Source of the DNA: Macrostomum lignano
Taxonomy: Eukaryota
DNA: 64,000 bases
Direction of reading: 5' to 3'
Assembly (NCBI GenBank): GCA_002269645.1
Contig: NIVC01001113.1
Location: 1-64,000, forward strand
Both the position numbers and the translations under genes were made by a program. Shown here one piece after another: positions 12,301 to 27,300 of the stretch (its first letter is position 1; each line of letters starts with the position of its first letter). Below the pieces are notes generated by a model. That model did not search any database and was not told the origin of the DNA. It saw only the letters and a program-made list of their open reading frames with translations.

Positions 12301-15300
12301 TGATCGGCTGTGACTGCAGAAAAGCTAGCATCTTCTTAGGTTGCATCAGAGTCAGAACTGAAGGTTTTAATTAATTTTCTTTTTTCACACTGGCAGTGAG
12401 GTGGTGATGGGATTTTCTTTTTCTTATAGGCATCTATAGCTTACACCTTCTGACTGACTGGCTGTGTACAATGCTTATGTGATCAATTGTACGTGCTCTG
12501 GTCCCTCTGACCGACTGGTTTGCGACTTGATATACTAAAACATTGACTGGCTAAATTACTATTCCAATCGAGATCGCATCATCACTCTGCCTTTGCTAGC
12601 TAGGCTCAGTGGGAGTGTTGACCATCATTGAGTGTAAATAGCAGTTCCTTTGTACACGGGAGGGAAACCTTTTTAAGAATTTAGGCTAAGAGAGCCATTG
12701 ATGGTTCGAGACCACCTCGTAGCGGATAATCACTGAAAAATGATTGAACGCCAGTGAAAAGGCGGGGAGGTACCATTATGCGCTGATCCTAGAAATTTAA
12801 TTTCTTTTTTATTGCGTCATTAATTTGTTTTTTACGAGTTTACTAATGCACCTGCCTTAGAACGCTTCGTTAATGCTAAACTAGTTTGCATCAATTGATG
12901 ATAGTGAGCGAGACTGTGAGATGCTCATGTGCAGTATGATATGAATGATCAGGGAATTGTGCTGAGGGGAATAGAGTAAATTATGCTGAGCTCGAATGAT
13001 GCTGAGCGGGAATGATGGTGAGCGGGAATGATGCTGAGCGGGAATGATGGTGAGCGGGAATGATGGTGAGCGGGAATGATGCTGAGCGGGAATGATGCTG
13101 AGCGGGAATGATGGTGAGCGGGAATGATGGTGAGCAGGAATGATGGTGAGCGGGAATGATGGTGAGCGGGAATGATGTGAGCGGAATGATGGTGAGCGGG
13201 AATGATGGTGAGCGGGAATGATGGTGAGCGGGAATGATGTTGAGCAGGAATGATGGTGAGCGGGAATGATGGTGAGCGGGAATGATGGTGAGCGGGAATG
13301 ATGGTGAGCGGGAATGATGGTGAGCGGGAATGATGCTGAGCGGGAATGATGGTGAGCGGGAATGATGCTGAGCGGGAATGATGGTGAGCGGGAATGATGG
13401 TGAGCGGGAATGATGGTGAGCGGGAATGATGCTGAGCGGGAATGATGGTGAGCGGGAATGATGGTGAGCGGGAATGATGGTGAGCGGGAATGATGCTGAG
13501 CGGGAATGATGGTGAGCGGGAATGATGGTGAGCGGGAATGATGGTGAGCGGGAATGATGGTGAGCGGGAATGATGGTGAGCGGGAATGATGGTGAGCGGG
13601 AATGATGGTGAGCGGGAATGATGGTGAGCGGGAATGATGGTGAGCGGGAATGATGGTGAGCGGGAATGATGGTGAGCGGGAATGATGGTGAGCGGGAATG
13701 ATGGTGAGCGGGAATGATGCTGAGCGGGAATGATGGTGAGCGGGAATGATGGTGAGCGGGAATGATGGTGAGCGGGAATGATGGTGAGCGGGAATGATGG
13801 TGAGCGGGAATGATGGTGAGCGGGAATGATGGTGAGCGGGAATGATGCTGAGCGGGAATGATGGTGAGCGGGAATGATGCTGAGCGGGAATGATGCTGAG
13901 TTGCTCTATGGGATTTCATTACCAAGTGCATATTACTTACTTATACATTGTTGAGTAGGGATGCTGAATGCTCTTTTAATGGTTGGGATTTCACTGCTTA
14001 AAATTCGACTCTTTGGATTTCCACCAAGTGGGATTCTACTGAGGAGATTCCCCTGAGAAATTTGACTAAGGGAAGGGATTCCATTCAAGGGATTCCACTG
14101 GGGATTCCACTGGAGATTTCACAGACCTGGGATTTTACTTTGCCGGTACATCGTAGCTCGATCGCTTTATTTTAAATGGTTTGTGCAGTAAGAGAATTTT
14201 TTGCTCTTATTCCTGTGCGATTGTGGCGCTTCTGATAAAAACTTATAAGATAAAAAAGCCTAAAAAACTTGTTTAATTCGAAGCTTTTTAGGTTCTCTGG
14301 GGGAATCAGCTTTTTCAGGCACTAGCTGTCAAGCCTATGTTGAAATTTTCAGTAGCAACCACTCCTAAGAAATGGTGAAGTTGTTTAAATTATTGTTTCA
14401 GACAAACTGGTTCACTCTATTTGTCTTGCTGTAAAAACTCTGATTAAAAGTTTATACTGGTCGACGGAAGCGCACTTTTAGCTCTTTATTTGCCACTGGT
14501 TGAGAAACTTCGGATTATGACATTAGGAACGAAGCTTTTTCTTAAGCAGTAGACTCAGTTAAAGAAAGAGTAGCTGATGTGAAATTTCGGAAAAGTATTT
14601 TAAACAGTTAGAATCGTTTCGGCCAATCATTTGGCACAACTGTTATAAATGGAAGCTACATATCAAAGTTTGTAACAACAATCTTAAGTCAAATCTCCAT
14701 CACACCGTCAAAATTTCATTGCATCGATATTTACCCTGACGAAAGCCCAACACATGGTTTTGAAAGGTCAGTTATTGCATTTTCGACCTTGTAAAGCAGC
14801 CCCATAAATGCTTAATATGTCAATGCAACAAAAAGTAAAATTTTCCTGTTTTTCGTACAGTTTCTCTCAGCAGGACACAAGGAATATTACACGTGCCTGC
14901 AAAATTCACATTCTACAGTAGTACGTGCAAACAACACAAGAAATTAGTTCGATAACAACAGCATTCTAATCAAATAAATCAGCATATCGCTTATGTTAAA
15001 AATTTCTAATTTCAGCACCCCGACGGTGCCCGAAGTCGAGGACGACTACCAGCAACTGTACAAAGGGAGCAAAGCACAAAGTCACAACCAAAGTTTTCTA
15101 CATTGGCAAGATCATCTGCCACAAAAGAAGTCCGAAAGTTTGTCACCAGCATTGCATCAAGCGAGTGACCAAGTCTGCTGTTCCTTGCGTTCACATCGTG
15201 TGCGACGAGGCCAAGAAGGTCAGTGTTACCAAGTGCGGCGGTAAGAGGCGCTACCGATCCGTCATCACTACCTGGAATACACGAGTCGGAAAGAAGTGCA

Positions 15301-18300
15301 GGAAGCACAGGACCGTCAAGCACTATCCATGCCCAGTGGTTTGCCCAAAGGGGTCGAAGACCATCAAGCGAACTTCGTGCGGCAAGGGCAGGAAGTACCG
15401 GACTCTCACGATCGCGACTTCCACCGTTAAGAAGAGGTGCAGCGGCCGTATCTGCACACTGCACTGCATCCGCAAGCTGATCCACTCTCGCGTGTTGTGT
15501 CCGAAGCCGCCACATCGCTGCAGGAGGCCACGCAAAGTGCGCGTTCGATGCTCAGCCGGACACATGTACTCCTACATCATCACCTATTACTACCAGCGAA
15601 AGCATTTGTGTCTAGGTAAAAGTTTTTTTTAATGTTTTAATATGATTAAAGCTTTACTAGACAATTTACTATTTTTACGACAATTAACCTAAAAAACACA
15701 ATTACTTCGTTCAAGGCAAATCATCAAAAGGTAAAGCGCATTGCAAAACAATCTGCGTGAAGAAGCGCAAGATTTCTGCAAAGAAGATTTGCAGGAAGGA
15801 CTGCTCGAGCAGGACTCTCATCCGTCACTGCAAGAAGCACAGGGCCTATCGCGTGTTTACTCGAGTCACCTACCGGTGGAACGGAAAGAAATGCGTTCCC
15901 AAGAGCCGGAAGGTCATCAAGAAGATCCGGTGCCGTAAGTAAATGCACTCGTGAAAAACGAGTATATTAATACCTTTTGCACCTTTGTGCCCCAGGCGTG
16001 ACTTGCAACGCCATTGGCGCATGTTAAGAGAAGCCGAATCCAAATATTAGATTATTCGTAACTATGCTAAGTGATTATTCGCTTTCGCCTTGATTGCAGC
16101 TCCGAGAACTTGTCCGAAAGCCAAGATCATCCGCAAAGAGTGCAAGCCTGGCAGGGCGAAGAGCGTCACGACGCACATCTTCTACACGTCGCGTGTGAAG
16201 TGCACGATGTCTCTGCCGCCTCGTTGCACGCAGCACTGCATCAAGAAGGTGAAGCGCTCGGCCGTTCCGTGCAAGAAAATCAAGTGCAAGGGCGACAAAG
16301 ACCACGTGACCAAGTGCGGCGGCAGTCGTCGCTATCGCGTTGTCGTCACAATCAAGTACATCCAAGTAAAAGGCGTCTGCAAGAGGCGCAAGACCACCAA
16401 GCGCTATCCGTGTCCGGTCAAGTGCCCAAAGACTCAGACCATCATAAGGCCTTGCAAAAAGGGTCGCAAGTTCTCTGTGAAGTCCATCATCAGCTACACC
16501 GTTCGTCGCGCGTGCGTTCACAAGGGCAAGTGCACAGTGAAGTGCGTCAGACGAGTTCTGCGATCGCGAAAGCGGTGCAAAACGCGTCCGCCAGATCGTC
16601 GCTGCAAGCAGCCTCCGCCCTTCTGGACCAAGTGTCGCAAACACTCTGCATACAAGTACCAGATCAAGGCGCTCTACAGGAATGTTCGCGGAACTTGTGT
16701 CATCTACAAGCGAGAGACAATTGCCCGACTTCTTTGCCGTAAGTAGCTCGTTCCTTGACAAGTAGCAAGGGTAGCTAATCTACTCGTCAAAATAGAAGTT
16801 TCAAAACCAGGGTTTATATCTGCTTATTGAATTAATATTTTAGCACCTCGCAAGTGCCCGAAGACGAGAGTAACCAAAACGAAGTGCACAAAGGGAGTCA
16901 GGCACAAGGTCACCACTACGATTTTCTACTCTGGTAAGATTGTGTGCAGCAAGAAGAAGCCGATCGTATGCCGACAGGTGTGCACAAAGCGAGTGACCAA
17001 GTCTGGTGTCCCGTGCTTTCACATCGTGTGCGACGAGGCCAAGAAGGTCAAGCTTACCAAGTGCGGCGGTAAGAGGCGCTACCGATCCGTCATCACTACC
17101 TGGAATACACGAGTCGGAAAGAAGTGCAGGAAGCACAGGACCGTCAAGCACTATCCGTGCCCAGTGGTTTGCCCGAAGAGGTCCAAGACCATCAAGCGAA
17201 CTTCGTGCGGCAAGGGCAGGAAGTACCGGACTCTCACGATCGCGACTTCCACCGTTAAGAAGAGGTGCAGCGGCCGTATCTGCACACTGCACTGCATCCG
17301 CAAGCTGATCCACTCTCGCGTGTTGTGTCCGAAGCCGCCACATCGCTGCAGGAAGCCGCGCAAGGTGCACGTCCGATGCTCGAAGAAGAACTCACACTCG
17401 TACATCATCACCTATTACTACGTGAAGAAGCGAGTGTGTCACCGTAAGTCCCAATGCCTAAAACGTTTTGCAACCAATTATTTTAGTTCGCAATGGTTTA
17501 CAAGCATACCTTACTTTAAACGAATGCACAACTGTTTCTCAGGTGCTTTGAAGTCTGGAAAAGCGCGCCGCTGCAAGATTGTGTGCGTGAAGAAGCACAA
17601 GCGGTCAGCCAGGAAGCCGTGCAAGAAGCGCAAGTGCCGATACCAGCTATCCTACCACACCACCAAGTGTGTGCACAACTTCCGAACCATCACAACGAAG
17701 TACCGCACTCGGGTCCACGGACGCTGTGTCTGGCGACGAAAATCCGTGCGTCGCGTCCGCTGCTCTGGCTGCTCGTCCCACCAGATTCACTACCACAAGA
17801 CGACGGTCGGCAGCAAGTGCAAGGCTGGACGCACGCAGACCTTCCTGAACTTCTACGAGTCGCGCAAGTACAAAACCGGCTGGGTGTGTCACAAGAAGAA
17901 AGTCCAGGTGTCCATCATTAAGTGCAAGTGCAACAGGAAGCCTCTGCTGCTCCTGGACAAGAAGTGCCGCAAGGGCTACAGGAAGCTTACCAAGGTGGTG
18001 TTTATCGATCGCGGCGGCAAGTGCATTAGGAAGCAGACTGTCACTAAGAAAAAGTGCAAGATCATCAAAATCCATTGCGATCCGGCAATGATTGTGAAGA
18101 AGTGCACTAAGCACGCGGCTTACCGACTGTTCCTGCAAATCAGCTACAGGCTGGTCGACGGAAAGTGCCGCAAACACCGCACAAGGATCGTCAAGAAGCA
18201 GCCTTGTCGTAAGTATTGATAATCATGCTTTTTAAGTACGCTCTTAAGTAAGTGTTCTAGTTTCCCTAAATGATATCTCATTCTTTGATCAAAATGTAAA

Positions 18301-21300
18301 CACAATGCAGCACCAAGACGCTGTCCGAAGGCCAAGACAATCCGCACAAAGTGCAAGCCGGGAGTCGTCAAGCGAGTCACGACGCACATCTTCTACACGT
18401 CGCATGTCAGGTGTACAAAGTCGAAGCGGCCTCGTTGCACGCAGCACTGCATCAAGAAGGTGAAGCGCTCGGCTGTTCCGTGCAAGAAAATCAAGTGCAA
18501 GAAGGACAAGGACCACGTGACAAAGTGCGGCGGCAGTCGTCGCTATCGTGTTGTCGTCACCATCAAGTACACCGAAGTAAAAGGCATCTGCAAGAAGCAC
18601 AAAACCACCAAGCGCTATCCGTGTCCGATCAAGTGCCCGAAGACTCAGGTCATCCGTAAACCCTGCTCCAAGGGCAAGTCGCACAGCTTGTTCGAGGTCA
18701 AGTCCATCATCAGCTACACTGTTCGTCGCTCGTGCGTTCACAAGGGCAAGTGCACCGCAAAGTGCGTCAGACACGTGGTTAGCAAGAAAAAGCCTTGCCC
18801 ACCAGTCCCTACTCCGTGTAAAGTTAAGGCCGTGCTCAAGCGCTGCAAGAAGCACTCCGCCTACAAGTACTTGATCGAGGTTTACTACAAGCGAATTCGC
18901 GGACGCTGTGTACCGCTGAAGCGTATCACGAAGAAGAGACTCCCATGCCGTAAGTTACTTGTATCTACTGTCTATATAACTAAACCTGCGGTTGTCAGTT
19001 AGTCAGGTGGAAGTTCAATGCTTTAAAATAGCTGGATGGATTTTACGGTTTCTGGACTTATGCTGGTGTCTGATTGAGCGTTAAAGAGTTATTTTCGTCG
19101 TGTCATAAAATTTTAAAAAACGTTTGCTTTACGGGAAGAAAAATTGCTTTTTTGCAAGGTCGGATTATAGTTGATCGGCTGTGACTGCAGAAAAGCTAGC
19201 ATCTTCTTAGGTTGCATCAGAGTCAGAACTGAAGGTTTTAATTAATTTTCTTTTTTCACACTGGCAGTGAGGTGGTGATGGGATTTTCTTTTTCTTATAG
19301 GCATCTATAGCTTACACCTTCTGACTGACTGGCTGTGTACAATGCTTATGTGATCAATTGTACGTGCTCTGGTCCCTCTGACCGACTGGTTTGCGACTTG
19401 ATATACTAAAACATTGACTGGCTAAATTACTATTCCAATCGAGATCGCATCATCACTCTGCCTTTGCTAGCTAGGCTCAGTGGGAGTGTTGACCATCATT
19501 GAGTGTAAATAGCAGTTCCTTTGTACACGGGAGGGAAACCTTTTTAAGAATTTAGGCTAAGAGAGCCATTGATGGTTCGAGACCACCTCGTAGCGGATAA
19601 TCACTGAAAAATGATTGAACGCCAGTGAAAAGGCGGGGAGGTACCATTATGCGCTGATCCTAGAAATTTAATTTCTTTTTTATTGCGTCATTAATTTGTT
19701 TTTTACGAGTTTACTAATGCACCTGCCTTAGAACGCTTCGTTAATGCTAAACTAGTTTGCATCAATTGATGATAGTGAGCGAGACTGTGAGATGCTCATG
19801 TGCAGTATGATATGAATGATCAGGGAATTGTGCTGAGGGGAATAGAGTAAATTATGCTGAGCTCGAATGATGCTGAGCGGGAATGATGGTGAGCGGGAAT
19901 GATGCTGAGCGGGAATGATGGTGAGCGGGAATGATGGTGAGCGGGAATGATGCTGAGCGGGAATGATGCTGAGCGGGAATGATGGTGAGCGGGAATGATG
20001 GTGAGCAGGAATGATGGTGAGCGGGAATGATGGTGAGCGGGAATGATGTTGAGCAGGAATGATGGTGAGCGGGAATGATGGTGAGCGGGAATGATGGTGA
20101 GCGGGAATGATGTTGAGCAGGAATGATGGTGAGCGGGAATGATGGTGAGCGGGAATGATGGTGAGCGGGAATGATGGTGAGCGGGAATGATGGTGAGCGG
20201 GAATGATGCTGAGCGGGAATGATGGTGAGCGGGAATGATGCTGAGCGGGAATGATGGTGAGCGGGAATGATGGTGAGCGGGAATGATGGTGAGCGGGAAT
20301 GATGCTGAGCGGGAATGATGGTGAGCGGGAATGATGGTGAGCGGGAATGATGGTGAGCGGGAATGATGCTGAGCGGGAATGATGGTGAGCGGGAATGATG
20401 CTGAGCGGGAATGATGGTGAGCGGGAATGATGGTGAGCGGGAATGATGGTGAGCGGGAATGATGCTGAGCGGGAATGATGGTGAGCGGGAATGATGGTGA
20501 GCAGGAATGATGGTGAGCGGGAATGATGGTGAGCGGGAATGATGTGAGCGGAATGATGGTGAGCGGGAATGATGGTGAGCGGGAATGATGGTGAGCGGGA
20601 ATGATGTTGAGCAGGAATGATGGTGAGCGGGAATGATGGTGAGCGGGAATGATGGTGAGCGGGAATGATGGTGAGCGGGAATGATGGTGAGCGGGAATGA
20701 TGCTGAGCGGGAATGATGGTGAGCGGGAATGATGCTGAGCGGGAATGATGGTGAGCGGGAATGATGGTGAGCGGGAATGATGGTGAGCGGGAATGATGCT
20801 GAGCGGGAATGATGGTGAGCGGGAATGATGGTGAGCGGGAATGATGGTGAGCGGGAATGATGCTGAGCGGGAATGATGGTGAGCGGGAATGATGGTGAGC
20901 GGGAATGATGGTGAGCGGGAATGATGGTGAGCGGGAATGATGGTGAGCGGGAATGATGGTGAGCGGGAATGATGGTGAGCGGGAATGATGGTGAGCGGGA
21001 ATGATGGTGAGCGGGAATGATGGTGAGCGGGAATGATGGTGAGCGGGAATGATGGTGAGCGGGAATGATGGTGAGCGGGAATGATGCTGAGCGGGAATGA
21101 TGGTGAGCGGGAATGATGGTGAGCGGGAATGATGGTGAGCGGGAATGATGCTGAGCGGGAATGATGGTGAGCGGGAATGATGGTGAGCGGGAATGATGGT
21201 GAGCGGGAATGATGCTGAGCGGGAATGATGGTGAGCGGGAATGATGCTGAGCGGGAATGATGCTGAGTTGCTCTATGGGATTTCATTACCAAGTGCATAT

Positions 21301-24300
21301 TACTTACTTATACATTGTTGAGTAGGGATGCTGAATGCTCTTTTAATGGTTGGGATTTCACTGCTTAAAATTCGACTCTTTGGATTTCCACCAAGTGGGA
21401 TTCTACTGAGGAGATTCCCCTGAGAAATTTGACTAAGGGAAGGGATTCCATTCAAGTGGATTCCACTGGGGATTCCACTGGAGATTTCACAGACCTGGGA
21501 TTTTACTTTGCCGGTACATCGTAGCTCGATCGCTTTATTTTAAATGGTTTGTGCAGTAAGAGAATTTTTTGCTCTTATTCCTGTGCGATTGTGGCGCTTC
21601 TGATAAAAACTTATAAGATAAAAAAGCCTAAAAAACTTGTTTAATTCGAAGCTTTTTAGGTTCTCTGGGGGAATCAGCTTTTTCAGGCACTAGCTGTCAA
21701 GCCTATGTTGAAATTTTCAGTAGCAACCACTCCTAAGAAATGGTGAAGTTGTTTAAATTATTGTTTCAGACAAACTGGTTCACTCTATTTGTCTTGCTGT
21801 AAAAACTCTGATTAAAAGTTTATACTGGTCGACGGAAGCGCACTTTTAGCTCTTTATTTGCCACTGGTTGAGAAACTTCGGATTATGACATTAGGAACGA
21901 AGCTTTTTCTTAAGCAGTAGACTCAGTTAAAGAAAGAGTAGCTGATGTGAAATTTCGGAAAAGTATTTTAAACAGTTAGAATCGTTTCGGCCAATCATTT
22001 GGCACAACTGTTATAAATGGAAGCTACATATCAAAGTTTGTAACAACAATCTTAAGTCAAATCTCCATCACACCGTCAAAATTTCATTGCATCGATATTT
22101 ACCCTGACGAAAGCCCAACACATGGTTTTGAAAGGTCAGTTATTGCATTTTCGACCTTGTAAAGCAGCCCCATAAATGCTTAATATGTCAATGCAACAAA
22201 AAGTAAAATTTTCCTGTTTTTCGTACAGTTTCTCTCAGCAGGACACAAGGAATATTACACGTGCCTGCAAAATTCACATTCTACAGTAGTACGTGCAAAC
22301 AACACAAGAAATTAGTTCGATAACAACAGCATTCTAATCAAATAAATCAGCATATCGCTTATGTTAAAAATTTCTAATTTCAGCACCCCGACGGTGCCCG
22401 AAGTCGAGGACGACTACCAGCAACTGTACAAAGGGAGCAAAGCACAAAGTCACAACCAAAGTTTTCTACATTGGCAAGATCATCTGCCACAAAAGAAGTC
22501 CGAAAGTTTGTCACCAGCATTGCATCAAGCGAGTGACCAAGTCTGCTGTTCCTTGCGTTCACATCGTGTGCGACGAGGCCAAGAAGGTCAGTGTTACCAA
22601 GTGCGGCGGTAAGAGGCGCTACCGATCCGTCATCACTACCTGGAATACACGAGTCGGAAAGAAGTGCAGGAAGCACAGGACCGTCAAGCACTATCCATGC
22701 CCAGTGGTTTGCCCAAAGGGGTCGAAGACCATCAAGCGAACTTCGTGCGGCAAGGGCAGGAAGTACCGGACTCTCACGATCGCGACTTCCACCGTTAAGA
22801 AGAGGTGCAGCGGCCGTATCTGCACACTGCACTGCATCCGCAAGCTGATCCACTCTCGCGTGTTGTGTCCGAAGCCGCCACATCGCTGCAGGAGGCCACG
22901 CAAAGTGCGCGTTCGATGCTCAGCCGGACACATGTACTCCTACATCATCACCTATTACTACCAGCGAAAGCATTTGTGTCTAGGTAAAAGTTTTTTTTAA
23001 TGTTTTAATATGATTAAAGCTTTACTAGACAATTTACTATTTTTACGACAATTAACCTAAAAAACACAATTACTTCGTTCAAGGCAAATCATCAAAAGGT
23101 AAAGCGCATTGCAAAACAATCTGCGTGAAGAAGCGCAAGATTTCTGCAAAGAAGATTTGCAGGAAGGACTGCTCGAGCAGGACTCTCATCCGTCACTGCA
23201 AGAAGCACAGGGCCTATCGCGTGTTTACTCGAGTCACCTACCGGTGGAACGGAAAGAAATGCGTTCCCAAGAGCCGGAAGGTCATCAAGAAGATCCGGTG
23301 CCGTAAGTAAATGCACTCGTGAAAAACGAGTATATTAATACCTTTTGCACCTTTGTGCCCCAGGCGTGACTTGCAATGCCATTGGCGCATGTTAAGAGAA
23401 GCCGAATCCAAATATTAGATTATTCGTAACTATGCTAAGTGATTATTCGCTTTCGCCTTGATTGCAGCTCCGAGAACTTGTCCGAAAGCCAAGATCATCC
23501 GCAAAGAGTGCAAGCCTGGCAGGGCGAAGAGCGTCACGACGCACATCTTCTACACGTCGCGTGTGAAGTGCACGATGTCTCTGCCGCCTCGTTGCACGCA
23601 GCACTGCATCAAGAAGGTGAAGCGCTCGGCCGTTCCGTGCAAGAAAATCAAGTGCAAGGGCGACAAAGACCACGTGACCAAGTGCGGCGGCAGTCGTCGC
23701 TATCGCGTTGTCGTCACAATCAAGTACATCCAAGTAAAAGGCGTCTGCAAGAGGCGCAAGACCACCAAGCGCTATCCGTGTCCGGTCAAGTGCCCAAAGA
23801 CTCAGACCATCATAAGGCCTTGCAAAAAGGGTCGCAAGTTCTCTGTGAAGTCCATCATCAGCTACACCGTTCGTCGCGCGTGCGTTCACAAGGGCAAGTG
23901 CACAGTGAAGTGCGTCAGACGAGTTCTGCGATCGCGAAAGCGGTGCAAAACGCGTCCGCCAGATCGTCGCTGCAAGCAGCCTCCGCCCTTCTGGACCAAG
24001 TGTCGCAAACACTCTGCATACAAGTACCAGATCAAGGCGCTCTACAGGAATGTTCGCGGAACTTGTGTCATCTACAAGCGAGAGACAATTGCCCGACTTC
24101 TTTGCCGTAAGTAGCTCGTTCCTTGACAAGTAGCAAGGGTAGCTAATCTACTCGTCAAAATAGAAGTTTCAAAACCAGGGTTTATATCTGCTTATTGAAT
24201 TAATATTTTAGCACCTCGCAAGTGCCCGAAGACGAGAGTAACCAAAACGAAGTGCACAAAGGGAGTCAGGCACAAGGTCACCACTACGATTTTCTACTCT

Positions 24301-27300
24301 GGTAAGATTGTGTGCAGCAAGAAGAAGCCGATCGTATGCCGACAGGTGTGCACAAAGCGAGTGACCAAGTCTGGTGTCCCGTGCTTTCACATCGTGTGCG
24401 ACGAGGCCAAGAAGGTCAAGCTTACCAAGTGCGGCGGTAAGAGGCGCTACCGATCCGTCATCACTACCTGGAATACACGAGTCGGAAAGAAGTGCAGGAA
24501 GCACAGGACCGTCAAGCACTATCCGTGCCCAGTGGTTTGCCCGAAGAGGTCCAAGACCATCAAGCGAACTTCGTGCGGCAAGGGCAGGAAGTACCGGACT
24601 CTCACGATCGCGACTTCCACCGTTAAGAAGAGGTGCAGCGGCCGTATCTGCACACTGCACTGCATCCGCAAGCTGATCCACTCTCGCGTGTTGTGTCCGA
24701 AGCCGCCACATCGCTGCAGGAAGCCGCGCAAGGTGCACGTCCGATGCTCGAAGAAGAACTCACACTCGTACATCATCACCTATTACTACGTGAAGAAGCG
24801 AGTGTGTCACCGTAAGTCCCAATGCCTAAAACGTTTTGCAACCAATTATTTTAGTTCGCAATGGTTTACAAGCATACCTTACTTTAAACGAATGCACAAC
24901 TGTTTCTCAGGTGCTTTGAAGTCTGGAAAAGCGCGCCGCTGCAAGATTGTGTGCGTGAAGAAGCACAAGCGGTCAGCCAGGAAGCCGTGCAAGAAGCGCA
25001 AGTGCCGATACCAGCTATCCTACCACACCACCAAGTGTGTGCACAACTTCCGAACCATCACAACGAAGTACCGCACTCGGGTCCACGGACGCTGTGTCTG
25101 GCGACGAAAATCCGTGCGTCGCGTCCGCTGCTCTGGCTGCTCGTCCCACCAGATTCACTACCACAAGACGACGGTCGGCAGCAAGTGCAAGGCTGGACGC
25201 ACGCAGACCTTCCTGAACTTCTACGAGTCGCGCAAGTACAAAACCGGCTGGGTGTGTCACAAGAAGAAAGTCCAGGTGTCCATCATTAAGTGCAAGTGCA
25301 ACAGGAAGCCTCTGCTGCTCCTGGACAAGAAGTGCCGCAAGGGCTACAGGAAGCTTACCAAGGTGGTGTTTATCGATCGCGGCGGCAAGTGCATTAGGAA
25401 GCAGACTGTCACTAAGAAAAAGTGCAAGATCATCAAAATCCATTGCGATCCGGCAATGATTGTGAAGAAGTGCACTAAGCACGCGGCTTACCGACTGTTC
25501 CTGCAAATCAGCTACAGGCTGGTCGACGGAAAGTGCCGCAAACACCGCACAAGGATCGTCAAGAAGCAGCCTTGTCGTAAGTATTGATAATCATGCTTTT
25601 TAAGTACGCTCTTAAGTAAGTGTTCTAGTTTCCCTAAATGATATCTCATTCTTTGATCAAAATGTAAACACAATGCAGCACCAAGACGCTGTCCGAAGGC
25701 CAAGACAATCCGCACAAAGTGCAAGCCGGGAGTCGTCAAGCGAGTCACGACGCACATCTTCTACACGTCGCATGTCAGGTGTACAAAGTCGAAGCGGCCT
25801 CGTTGCACGCAGCACTGCATCAAGAAGGTGAAGCGCTCGGCTGTTCCGTGCAAGAAAATCAAGTGCAAGAAGGACAAGGACCACGTGACAAAGTGCGGCG
25901 GCAGTCGTCGCTATCGTGTTGTCGTCACCATCAAGTACACCGAAGTAAAAGGCATCTGCAAGAAGCACAAAACCACCAAGCGCTATCCGTGTCCGATCAA
26001 GTGCCCGAAGACTCAGGTCATCCGTAAACCCTGCTCCAAGGGCAAGTCGCACAGCTTGTTCGAGGTCAAGTCCATCATCAGCTACACTGTTCGTCGCTCG
26101 TGCGTTCACAAGGGCAAGTGCACCGCAAAGTGCGTCAGACACGTGGTTAGCAAGAAAAAGCCTTGCCCACCAGTCCCTACTCCGTGTAAAGTTAAGGCCG
26201 TGCTCAAGCGCTGCAAGAAGCACTCCGCCTACAAGTACTTGATCGAGGTTTACTACAAGCGAATTCGCGGACGCTGTGTACCGCTGAAGCGTATCACGAA
26301 GAAGAGACTCCCATGCCGTAAGTTACTTGTATCTACTGTCTATATAACTAAACCTGCGGTTGTCAGTTAGTCAGGTGGAAGTTCAATGCTTTAAAATAGC
26401 TGGATGGATTTTACGGTTTCTGGACTTATGCTGGTGTCTGATTGAGCGTTAAAGAGTTATTTTCGTCGTGTCATAAAATTTTAAAAAACGTTTGCTTTAC
26501 GGGAAGAAAAATTGCTTTTTTGCAAGGTCGGATTATAGTTGATCGGCTGTGACTGCAGAAAAGCTAGCATCTTCTTAGGTTGCATCAGAGTCAGAACTGA
26601 AGGTTTTAATTAATTTTCTTTTTTCACACTGGCAGTGAGGTGGTGATGGGATTTTCTTTTTCTTATAGGCATCTATAGCTTACACCTTCTGACTGACTGG
26701 CTGTGTACAATGCTTATGTGATCAATTGTACGTGCTCTGGTCCCTCTGACCGACTGGTTTGCGACTTGATATACTAAAACATTGACTGGCTAAATTACTA
26801 TTCCAATCGAGATCGCATCATCACTCTGCCTTTGCTAGCTAGGCTCAGTGGGAGTGTTGACCATCATTGAGTGTAAATAGCAGTTCCTTTGTACACGGGA
26901 GGGAAACCTTTTTAAGAATTTAGGCTAAGAGAGCCATTGATGGTTCGAGACCACCTCGTAGCGGATAATCACTGAAAAATGATTGAACGCCAGTGAAAAG
27001 GCGGGGAGGTACCATTATGCGCTGATCCTAGAAATTTAATTTCTTTTTTATTGCGTCATTAATTTGTTTTTTACGAGTTTACTAATGCACCTGCCTTAGA
27101 ACGCTTCGTTAATGCTAAACTAGTTTGCATCAATTGATGATAGTGAGCGAGACTGTGAGATGCTCATGTGCAGTATGATATGAATGATCAGGGAATTGTG
27201 CTGAGGGGAATAGAGTAAATTATGCTGAGCTCGAATGATGCTGAGCGGGAATGATGGTGAGCGGGAATGATGCTGAGCGGGAATGATGGTGAGCGGGAAT

